64,000 bases of DNA. Source: Octopus sinensis. Taxonomy: Eukaryota. The stretch spans positions 37,448,001-37,512,000 of the forward strand of contig NC_043013.1 of the NCBI RefSeq assembly GCF_006345805.1. Reading direction: 5' to 3'. A model generated the notes under the pieces. It had not been told where the DNA came from and made no database searches. It saw only the letters and a program-made list of their open reading frames with translations. Position 1 is the first letter of the stretch, and each line of letters opens with the position of its first letter. Of this stretch, positions 53,423-64,000 are shown piece by piece. Position numbers and translations under genes: made by a program.

Positions 53423-53548
53423 TGAAGTATATTTGCCAGCTAAATGTGGCTAACCACTAAAGAAGGATGCTACTGTAGCTTGTAGCCCCAAGATACACTA
53501 GCATCCATCCTTAGTGGTTAGCCACATTTAGGTGGCATATATACTTCA
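53423..53548. repeat. Imperfect hairpin with ~50-bp arms
   Basis: tgaagtatatttgccagctaaatgtggctaaccactaa..ggatgcta / tagcatcc..ttagtggttagccacatttaggtggcatatatacttca. Confidence 0.9.
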
Positions 53549-53591
53549 AATTATCGTGCAGCAACTGTTTATACCTCGTTCAAAGATTTAT

Positions 53592-53622
<31 letters not shown>

Positions 53623-53907
53623 AATAATGAAGGGTGAAATTAATTAATTTGGAATAATTATCAATTACACCAAGTAGTCTTCGGCATGTAAAAGCCTCAT
53701 TCGAGGAAAATTTAAGTAATACTAAGCAATAAAGGGTTTAGCAACGAATTGCCTTACCACATACCGAATTTAGAAATAGCAGTCAAAGGGTTATAGCTAT
53801 TTCTTCTACTAAAAAGGGAGATCTCAGTAAAAACAGCAATTGGAAGCAGACACAAACAGGTAAGAGAGAATGAATTGACTGCAATCTATCATACATTTTT
53901 AAGTTAT

Positions 53908-54005
53908 CTACGGACGTACGTTTCGAAATCAAGTTTTTAGGAAAGCATAAGAATTAAATATTAAATAATTCTATCTTACCGAAACTTCTTTTCTCTTCAG
54001 CGTAG
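53908..54005 (-). ncRNA. Minimal type I hammerhead ribozyme, minus-strand copy
   Basis: Reverse complement of 54375-54472; all core residues present. Confidence 0.85.
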
Positions 54006-54374
54006 AATACTATAATCATAAATGATTATATATTGAATTTTGAGATACTAGAAGGCACCAACTCAACTCAGTATCAGAGCGAGCTAGAATCCGCAACTAG
54101 TATCACCGAATTCATTGGTGTAATTGATAATTATTCCAAATTAATTAATTTCACCCTTCATTATTACGGATAACCATATTTTATCTCAGTAGATGACCAC
54201 AGCATCTTGTTTTGGCTACACGCGGGTGGGAAGGGGCTGGTGACACAATCGTTTCATTCACAAATTGAATTCGGTGATACTAGTTGCGGATTCTAGCTCG
54301 CTCTGATACTGAGTTGAGTTGGTGCCTTCTAGTATCTCAAAATTCAATATATAATCATTTATGATTATAGTATT

Positions 54375-54472
54375 CTACGCTGAAGAGAAAAGAAGTTTCG
54401 GTAAGATAGAATTATTTAATATTTAATTCTTATGCTTTCCTAAAAACTTGATTTCGAAACGTACGTCCGTAG
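54375..54472 (+). ncRNA. Minimal type I hammerhead ribozyme, plus-strand copy
   Basis: cuacg-CUGAAGA-[G..69-nt stem II..C]-GAAAC-GUAC-GUC-cguag: 5-bp stem I, G10.1-C11.1 pair, palindromic GUAC loop III, GUC cleavage triplet at 54465-54467. Confidence 0.85.
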
Positions 54473-54658
54473 ATAACTTAAAATGTATGATAGATTGCAG
54501 TCAATTCATTCTCTCTTACCTGTTTGTCTGCCTTCCAATTGCTGTTTTTACTGAGATCTCCCTTTTTAGTAGAAGAAATAGCTATACCCTTTGACTGCTA
54601 TTCTAAATTCGGTATGTGGTAAGGCAATTCGTTGCTAAACCCTTTATTGCTTAATATA

Positions 54659-54746
<88 letters not shown>

Positions 54747-55526
54747 GTGTGTGTATGTATGTATGTATATGGTGTGTGTTGATTGCGCGTGTGTGTGAGT
54801 GTGTTTGTGAATACATATGCTGAAACAATTCACGCTAAGATGTCCGATTTCGCTTTTCCATTAAATTTCAGTTAAACTTTCCACGTCTTCATACAGTGCT
54901 ACTTCTTAGTAAAAGTCAGAAAAATTACATATATCATTTACATTAATTCATCACAATATACATAATGTATGTTACAAAATAAGTATAACATATTACTTTA
55001 TCCTATGAATTGTTGATTATTATTATTATCATTATTATTATTATTATTATTATTATTCACCCATGATCTCTAACCGCTTAGCTTTCCCACAATCATAACA
55101 ATCAACATTTAAAAAGTTTAATAGCATCGGTAAACAGTACTATATGTATCTGTTGGGTGGGATATATACATATTTACAGAGAGAAAGGAAGAAAAAAATA
55201 TATATATGTGTGTCTATACATGCATCTGAGTTTTATATGCGTGTAGATGCATGTATAGACCGTCTATGATCATATATATATACATATATGCGTCTAAATA
55301 CAAATGCGTATTAGAATATATACACGTTTTATTTTCATATACATGGCTGCAGTCACATGACTGAAACATGTGAAATTAAGTTTATTTTTCTCGAATGTAG
55401 ACTTTAACTAAAAGATTCGTATGTGCTTTCTATGTTCACATGCATGAATTGAAGTCATGACCTGTAAAATGTTAGAGATATTTTTTGTACATTGACTCTC
55501 AAGGTTACAAATTGTATATACTCGTG

Positions 55527-55903
55527 TCACTCCGTCGGTTACGACGACAAGGGTTCCAGTTGATTCGATCAACGGAACAGCCTGCTCGTGATATTAACGC
55601 GCAAGTGACTGTGCACTCCACAGACACGCGTAACATTAGCGTAGTTCTCGGGGAGATTCAACGTGAGATAGAGTGTCTCAAGGCTGGCCCTTTGAAATAC
55701 TGGTACAACAGAAACAGGAAGCAAGAGGGAAAGAAACTTATGGTGAAAGAATACAGCAGAGTTCACCACCACAGTCTGTCTGAGCCTCGTGGAGCTTTAG
55801 ATGTTTTTGTTCGATAAACACTCACAACACCTTGTCTGGGAATCGAAACCGCGATCCTATGACCGCGAGTCTACTGCCCTAACCACTCGGCCATTACTTC
55901 TCC
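55527..55903 (-). mobile_element. SINE family C, full-length
   Basis: Colinear with 57798-58160. Confidence 0.9.
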
Positions 55904-56216
55904 ACACAAATTGTATATAAGATATATAAGACAGATAAACTGGCCTCACAGATTAAATTTGCTCTCTAGGTTCCAGTTGTTCTAAGATTAATTAATCTTC
56001 CTATCACACCCGGGGTAATAGCGGAATAATAATTAACGAACACTATGCGGTTCAGTGTGGACTATTGTGGCCTCTACTTTAATAACCTATATTCATCAAT
56101 GCCCCACTGATAAATGAAAAACTTTTAATAGAATAAAATATAGCTAAATAAAATAACGCTAAGTGTAAGACTTGATAAATGTTAGGGCATGTGTTTGTGT
56201 GTTTGTGTTTGTGTAA

Positions 56217-56274
<58 letters not shown>

Positions 56275-56314
56275 TATATATATATTATATATATATAATA
56301 TATAATATATATAA

Positions 56315-56353
<39 letters not shown>

Positions 56354-56793
56354 ACTAGGTGTACACACTCACACACGTTCTTATACATACGCTATTTACC
56401 CGTAGTATATTTTTATATGTGTGTTTGAGTGTGCGTGCGTGTATTATTTTATACATATATACAAGCATACATATAAATATATACATATACATGCTACAAA
56501 GAACGATAAAGAATTAAGAAATTCACCTGAGGTGTTAAAGGAAAAAGTGAGCATAGAACAATGGTTGCATGTAAGGAAAAAAAATTAAGAAATATAAAAA
56601 AATATGAAAAATTTAAAATGTTACCATCCGAACAAAAACACTGTTAGAAAAAGTAGACAGAATGAACGAAAAAAAAGTAAAAAAGGAAGAAAAAAAATCA
56701 AACAAATATTATTAAAATTAATATCAATTATGCACACATATTTGAACACATTCTTTTTCAGCCTGAAATAATATAAGCATATATGATTATATT

Positions 56794-56855
<62 letters not shown>

Positions 56856-57287
56856 GTATATATGAATATATGCATATATACATATATGTATACATACAGA
56901 CATACATACACATATATATGCTTACATATATACGTATGTGTCTATATATATATATATATAAGATATTCAAGACATATGTATAAATACATACTGCGTGCAT
57001 AGAGGCATTCATACTTAGTATACGTCTTCACATGGTGCCAACGTGTAACAATGGCAGAAACATCTAAAACTCTGAATGGAAAATTTATACAATCTAAGGA
57101 GATCCCAATTATAATAGAATATTTGTAAGACCTCTATATATAATGGGTTCATTATTATTAAGTTGCCTCAAATATTCAATGAAACATCATGGTGTGAGGA
57201 AAAATTAGGTCACATATCATATAAAATGCGAGTTCTGATAATTTTTTTTTTTTACAAATATATATACGAATATGTGTGTCTGTATGC

Positions 57288-57365
<78 letters not shown>

Positions 57366-57797
57366 GATTATGTGAAAAACAAAATGCTTGTTGTAACACA
57401 GATTGTAAGACCTCATTATAGATATGAAGAGAAGTGCGTTTAAAAAAAATCTTATGTGAAGTGTCTTCAAGGGAAATGAAAATTCTTCAGATATACAGGA
57501 CGAAAGAATATTACACATGGTTTTTAACGTTTCTGATATTAACTTCCGTCAAATCGAGCCGATTTCATAGCCCAACTAAGTCATCATTGCTTTTCATCAC
57601 TTGGGGTTCATAAGTTAAAATAGCAATCAAAAACTGGTGTAGATATATTAGTCATGTACTTTCGCATATATATATATATATATTATATAAGATCGTTAAT
57701 TTAAAAATAAAATAACGATTTCATCAAGTGGTCAGCATGGAAAAAATAACCTTCAAAGGTAAGAATTATTAAAATAAAAATGTTTAATGGATGGGAT

Positions 57798-58160
57798 GGA
57801 AGCACTCCGTCGGTTACGACGACGAGGGTTCCGGTTGATCCGATCAACGGAACAGCGGGCTCGTGAAATTAACGTGTAAGTGGCTGAGCACTTCACAGAC
57901 ACGTGTACCCTTAACGTAGTTCTCGGGGTGATTCAGCGTGACAAGGCCGGCCCTTTGAAATACAGGTACAACAGAAACATGAAGTAAGAGAAAGTTGTGG
58001 TGAAAGAGTACAGCAGGGATCACCACCATCCCTGTCGGAGCCTCTTGGAGCTTTTAGGTGTTTTCGCTCAATAAACACTCACAACGCCCGGTCTGGGAAT
58101 CGAAACCGCGATCCTACGACCGCGAGTCCGCTGCCCTAACCACTGGGCCATTGCGCCTCC
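57798..58160 (-). mobile_element. SINE family C, full-length, well preserved
   Basis: Minus strand ggaggcgcaatggcccagtggttagggcagcggactcgcggtcgtaggatcgcggtttcgattccc tRNA-like head. Confidence 0.95.
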
Positions 58161-59089
58161 ACAAAAATCTTTAATATAGATATATGTATATATGTATGTA
58201 CGTCTGCGTTTGTGTGTACGTTCATTTTAAAGTAGCTGAATAGCCTGTTGTTGTCATTCAATTTTTACAATAGAATATTTAATATAAATCTTTATTTATT
58301 CCATGTTCCTTGCTTTCGTTTGTTAAATAAAGATTCCTCTTCCTCATGATCTTGTTTTTATTTTGAGATAGACAGATATCATGTAGAAAATACCGTCTTC
58401 CTAATCCTGTTTTCTGATTACGTAAAATTAATCAAGGTTATCTTAAGTAACATTTTCCTGCAGTTTGTCTTGAAGAAATACGTAGTAAAATTGGATTTAA
58501 CTTGGAAAATTATTTCAATATACCAAATTTCGAAATTTCTCAAATTACGTAAAACAGGGAAGACCTTGGAAAGTAGAGAGACAGTTATAGGACGTCACAC
58601 ACGCACACACACACACAAAAACACACTCACACACACCGAAACACACACACATTTACAAACGTACATAGGTGATCACGTGTTTAAAATGGTGTGCAGTAGT
58701 CATATGTATGTATGTATATATGTGTGTGTGTGTGTCTGAGTGTGTGTCTTTGTTTGAGTGTTTCTTTGCGATAGAAAGCAGAAAAGCCACCTACTACCAC
58801 ATTTCTTTCCATTCCTCGTCTATGTACATGTGTATGTGCGTATGTGTGCAATGTATGCGCCTGTGTGAGTATATGTGTGTGTATGTATGCATGTATCTAT
58901 GTATTTACGAATGTATGTATGCAGCATCGCGTATGTCTCCCTGAATGACAGCTGTATTACCGTTACCATCCGACTCCATTCCATATTTGCCGCTTACAAT
59001 CCAGTTTTCCCCTTCACTTATATCAGCCACACTCACTATACCACCACTTTTCACTCGCACTAACCCTCTCGCACCCTTTTCATTTTATC

Positions 59090-59275
59090 AAACAATGCCC
59101 CAACCCCGCTAAGGGGCGCATTATAGATTTTATAATTTCCAAATAGACTATAATTGAACTGGATGTTAGTTTAACACGTATGCAAAGTTTCGTCAAGATT
59201 GGTTCACTTGTGTAGGCAGCAACATGGTAAAAGACAAATCGACAGACAGAAATTACCATTTATGTATAAAATTTT
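59090..59275 (+). mobile_element. Possible non-autonomous Helitron/Helentron-type 3' end
   Basis: tgcaaagtttcgtcaagattgg...gacagacagaaattaccatttat resembles ends of such elements; pattern recall only. Confidence 0.35.
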
Positions 59276-60209
59276 GTTTGGAAAATTCCAAAGTTATGTA
59301 TTTTACCTCAGTGTGTTTTCTTCTCCTTTACGTAAAGTATAGTGATGAAATGATCCATGCGACTAACATTTGTTTTCTTAGTATAATTGATGATTTTATA
59401 ATTACACAGACTATTGAGTAGGCATCAGATTCTAGCTTGCGTCGTGAACATTGTTCAGTCTATACATAACACAGGATTCACTTGTCACTAACATTCGAGA
59501 TATTGTATCAGTTAGAATTTAAATTGTGTACAAATTTGAACTGTGCATAAATTTTGATTTTCTCTATGCAGATGAGATTTTACTCATTGAGAAGTGTAAC
59601 AAGATATAAACTAAAAGAATACGCAAAGTGTGGCTGACTTTACTTCAAATGGCGTGTACATAAAGAAGTTTAATTAATCCTATTAATTAAAGTAATTTTT
59701 ATTGGTTTAGTAATTAGATTATATATTCATTTCAAATCCTCCGTCGACCATTTGGGACATTAACAGTTCCTAATGCCTGAGTGATTAATCAAATTAAAGA
59801 CCACGTGAAACGTTTTACATTCACCACCAACCAATATCTACAGCACTGGTCAATTTCAGGCAAATTTACACGTACAGCGAACAGATCGAAAGCAATGGGA
59901 GGCATGACAATCAATCTGGCCAATGTCAAAGATTTGCCGCTGCAAAGAAAATGCATGGGAACTAAAGAAGGAGATGATATATAGAAGCTTGATATATTAG
60001 AAAGAGCAACTATTTTCCCGCACATCCTGCTCGACGTGCATACAAACATAAATATTGATAAATGCACACCATTTCTGAAAATAGACACCATAAACATCAA
60101 CACTGGTCTCCTCGATAAGGACTGAATCTGTCGTAAAATCAAACAACTAGAATGACGATTTTTCATGTTTGATATTAGGTATCAGTGAACTATAATAAAT
60201 TATGATATT

Positions 60210-61130
60210 TCATACGATGAGAAATGGTAATCATGGTTTAGAGAAATATAGCAGCGTCGAAACATACCACCAATAGTTACATATATTTGATTTAGCAATT
60301 GCATATTGGATATGCATATTGCCGACATCTTGGTGATAAATACGTGAAACAAAACGTGCTGATCACAAACTCCAGTGTTCCCGCTCCTTTGGTCTGAAGT
60401 ATCTTTGTTTCGACCTGTTACCTGAAGCTGGATGATCGCAAAGGGATTTGATTTTCCATGCATTAAATTGTTTGTTATTTTATTCAGCCTATTTATATAT
60501 AGTATGTGGGTAGTTCTGTTGAAGGTTATCATCAAAAGATTCCTTGGCTGCGTATATCAGTATTCTGTCATCTCCATAGCTAGTAAGTGTAGCTGTTTGT
60601 GTACCTGATATCATAAACAGCTGGGGCCCCAAGACAGTTCGCTGAGGTAGTCCACTCGCAATCACAATTTCCTTGTAAAGGCTTCGTTTCCGTCTTTTTA
60701 AAATCGGGTAACTTTTCTCCTAGTTTTCCAACTACACCGACATATTCTCCGTAGCTAGTGAAATATCATCTTGTGATCAATCTTATCAATAACCTTTGTA
60801 AAATCAAGATAGATCACATCCACTATTTTGCAATCCATTAGTTGTTTTGAACATCCACTTTTAATGCGACAAAATTGGTGTAGGACCACTTCTTGAATGG
60901 AGGCCGAGTTGCCTGTCATGGGGTGAGTCATTAACTTCTAGATCGTGATCAGCTTCCTCCTGACAATGTTTTCAATGACTTTGCTGATATGTAATATTAA
61001 AAAGAAAGGTCTATAATTTTTAGCATTCGCTTTGCGGCTTTCTTTGTGGGTAGGAAATATACGCCTTTGTTTAACTTACTCTGAAGCTTCTCATTTGCAA
61101 TGAAGCTTTGAAATAGGATGTGTAGAGGTC
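60210..61130 (-). mobile_element. CR1-type LINE reverse transcriptase remnant
   Basis: LFQSF..EKL; P.HK.SR.NAKNYRP..HISKVIENIVRRKL; VDVIYLDFTKVIDKIDH; SGLPQRTVLGPQLF; LTSYGDD; NN.QFNA. Confidence 0.85.
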
Positions 61131-61854
61131 TCTAATTTTGTACTTGCATCCAAAATGGGGATGCGTACCAATGTTCCGTTAAAAATAATGTATGATCCAA
61201 GTTGAGTTGTCTAACCTGTCTGTGAGTTTCAAGTGTTTTAATCCCTAGCGTTAACAGAAACCGTCCCCTAGCGTAATCTCGCAGCGAATCCAGTGATTCA
61301 GTCGAATGTTTTACAGTCGAATGTATTACAGACGAATAAAGAAAATTTGGACCGCAGAACTCTCTGCAATCAATAGCCCACAATGTGTTCGCAGTAACAG
61401 TACTCATTCCAACATTTGGGTTTATCATTTAAATATATATTTAAGTTTATCATTTGAATATATATGAGGATGTCTAGGTATGCAACTAAATGCATGAGAA
61501 TACATGCATAAAACATAGAAAACTGCAAATACATACATTCATATGAACAAAAATACCCTGTTGTTTAAATTCCAATGAAGGTGCTTTGGATCTAGGTTAG
61601 AAGCCGGTTCTTTCTCTATTGGCAAGAAATCTTGAAATAAACTGAATAATGACATGCGTACATACGTACGTACGTCCTACATACATGCATCGAGGCCTGC
61701 ATACATGCATCCATCCGTCCGTCCATCCGTCCATCCGTCCATCCGTCTGCGTCTCAGTTGATAGTTTTTAATCAGTAGGTCTATAAACGTCCAAACAGAA
61801 CGACACTTAGGTTACATTCAGTGTATTCTTATTTCTTTACTGCCCACAAGGGGC

Positions 61855-61982
61855 TATATCTGGAGCGACGTGAAATGGAGTGTTTTGCTCAAGAACACAA
61901 CGCATTGCTCGGTCCAGGAATCGAAACCACAATCTTACGATCATGAGTCCAACACCCGAACCACTCAGCCACGCGCCTCCAC
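61855..61982 (-). mobile_element. SINE fragment (tRNA head plus CORE-like domain)
   Basis: ttgctcaagaacacaacgc...aggaatcgaaaccac...aaccactcagccacgcgcctcc. Confidence 0.8.
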
Positions 61983-62317
61983 ATTACATTCAGTGTATTC
62001 ATCCACCAAAAACATTTAACATGCTACTTCATGCAGTGTCAACAGAATCTCAGTTTTCTTCCATTTATGACTGGGGTAGTTCCGGGATGATTACCATACA
62101 CACAAACAGCGTGCGCATGCGCGAACACACACGCACACACATACGCCTTGTCAAATCTTTCGTTTGTAAAGTTTTTATTAAATCTTTGATATCCTTAAAT
62201 CCTTAAAAACGTTTTAGCCCGAAGGTCGCGGCTATGCTGGGGCACCACCGCTGATATATATAATATTTTATTATATCTATCTGTCTATCTACACATATAT
62301 ATGTATATGGCTATATT

Positions 62318-62350
<33 letters not shown>

Positions 62351-62388
62351 TATATATATATAATATATATAATATATATATATTATAT

Positions 62389-63163
62389 AAACTTTTGTGA
62401 GTTGAATTAAGCAAACACTATATATGAGAGAGATTTTCTTTAAGTATTAGAATAGCTTAAAAAAGTTTTTTGGCTGCTATTTCTAATGAGTTCAGTATGC
62501 GGCAAAGTAATATTTTTACTAAGCCTTTTATATAATGTAATAATTTGAATTCGCCTGAATGGTCCCTTTGCATACTGAACACTTGGTGAATTGATTAATA
62601 ATAATTAATTTTGCCCTCAATTGTTGAAATTATAATTAATCTCCCTCTAATTAATGCTTCGGATTTTACCGAAATAAGCATAGTGTTGATGATTTTACCC
62701 CGCTGGTGGAAAGGGGAGAAAACAGACTCTTCGCTTGCTATTTGAATTTGTTGGCACTGTTAGTTGGAAGCAGATCTTCGAAAGGGTATGTTCTTATTTT
62801 CAGTGTTTCCAATCCAAACCAAGGAATTCTGAGCGATGATAGAAATGTTGTTTTGACTAATCTTGAAACGTACGTTCTCGAATAACCTTAGCATTTGATT
62901 TTTCGATGTCCTTACCCCCAAACTTTTGTGAGTTGAATTAAGCAAACACTATTATGAGAGAGATTTTTTTTTAAGTATTAGAAATAGCTTTAAAAAAGTT
63001 TTTTGGCTGCTATTTCTAATGAGTTCAGTATGCGGCAAAGTAATTATTTTACTAAGCCCTTTTATATAATGTAATAATTTGAATTCGCCTTGAATGGTCC
63101 CTTTGCATACTGAAACTTGTGAAATTGATTAATAATTAATTAATTTTGCCCTCAATTGTTGAA
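62389..63163 (+). mobile_element. Head-to-tail ~1.45-mer of a ~532-bp unit of the 53.6-kb family
   Basis: Direct repeats 62389-62630 and 62921-63163; spacer contains tgag-C(T)GATGA...GAAAC-GTAC-GTT-ctcg at 62830-62880. Confidence 0.85.
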
Positions 63164-63184
63164 TATATATATATATATATATAT

Positions 63185-63310
63185 ACGACGGGCTTCTTAC
63201 AATTTCTGACTATCACATCCACTCACACATCAATCGCGGTGTCACGCAGCAGGATTGAACAGAGTAGCTTGTGGTGGTGAAACAAGTTTCTTACCATACA
63301 GCTACGCCTG
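63185..63310 (-). mobile_element. SINE family A 5' fragment, degraded
   Basis: cgacgggcttctt...cttaccatacagctacgcct. Confidence 0.65.
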
Positions 63311-64000
63311 CGAAATAGTCTTATATATCAATATACTTGTATATATATATGTGTGTGTTGTGGGGGGCGGGATGTGTGTGTGTGTCCGTGTGTCTGTGTG
63401 TGTATGCTTGCGCTTGCATATGCGTAATGTACCAAACATAAATGCCCAACAAAAATGCCGAGCGAAAAACAAGAACGTAAACATGAAAAATAATGTTTAG
63501 TTGATAAAACAAAAACACAAAAAAGGACAGAGATAAGAATATCAATTGTTATATTGATATTATAATATTATCATTAAATATTTATGGTTAAACTTGTAAA
63601 ATATTTATTGTCGAATTTATGTGTAAAACCGAGGTATTTTTTATTGTTTGCTAAAAACAATGTTCAGTCTGTATGAAGAACAAAATTTCTATTTTCTGTT
63701 CATTAAAATGCTCACTTATTTCCATTGATGTTCATTCTGTGTGCAATTTATTAATTTATACTAATTTTCTTTATATTTGCAATGATTTACATTCTACGTG
63801 GGCATACTTATTAGGTATATTTAGGTGAGATTACGCCAGAGTATCTACGCAGGTACAAGAAAGTTTCGATGAGCAAATGTCTTGCGTGTAACCCCCAGAT
63901 TTTGCGAGTGGTTTGTCCGGGTACAAGTGACTAAATTACTTATTGTCGATGACTTCAGGGCAAGAAGAATCGCCCGCAATGTTTGATAGGAAGTTGTGTC

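Larger units (their letters stand above)
53616..54653. mobile_element. HHR-bearing Penelope-pLTR or retrozyme-like element with nested inverted repeats, embedded in (TA)n
   Basis: Block A 53616-53673 is inverted at 54115-54172; block B 53723-54114 is inverted at 54266-54653 with only a few differences. Confidence 0.85.

Noticed and set aside
59781-60166. Overlapping open frames on both strands (67 and 125 aa)
   Set aside because: No recognisable domain, an in-frame stop on the plus strand, no clear splice signals, and adjacent to CR1 debris
61300-61400. LQTNKENLDRRTLCNQ*PTMC resembling a protocadherin EC1 end
   Set aside because: Bounded by stops with no DxNDN or other cadherin motifs nearby
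1400-63545. Dozens of ORFs rich in YI, CV, HT, YLSI or poly-M/I/Y/L
   Set aside because: They are translations of (TA)n, (CA)n, (TAGA)n and trinucleotide arrays that lack stop codons; no domain content
1-64000. CRISPR arrays, rRNA, operon-like systems
   Set aside because: No regularly spaced repeat-spacer arrays or rRNA-like sequence; the window is eukaryotic repeat-rich DNA

Overview
This is AT-rich, gene-poor eukaryotic DNA saturated with microsatellites and transposon debris. The SINE families resemble Octopus (coleoid cephalopod) repeats, though that taxon call is pattern recognition rather than a database result. I found no intact host protein-coding gene, and nearly all ORF-track entries are microsatellite artefacts. 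Recognisable content: three tRNA-derived SINE families (about 30 copies or fragments), Tc1 and mariner DNA transposon remnants (one full-length 1.28-kb Tc1 with both TIRs), hAT-, pogo- and mariner-type MITEs, and fragments of Tx1, R4/Dong, CR1 and Penelope-like retroelements, plus a 100-N gap. The most notable signal is a set of minimal type I hammerhead ribozyme (HHR) motifs in short repeats embedded in (TA)n. Two apparently intact copies lie on opposite strands of a ~390-bp near-perfect inverted repeat (53.6-54.7 kb). A related head-to-tail ~530-bp tandem unit at 62.4-63.2 kb, and further HHR motifs at 11.7, 12.7, 16.7, 29.1 and 39.8 kb, point to a diverse family of Penelope-pLTR or retrozyme-like elements with a recurrent fold-back architecture.
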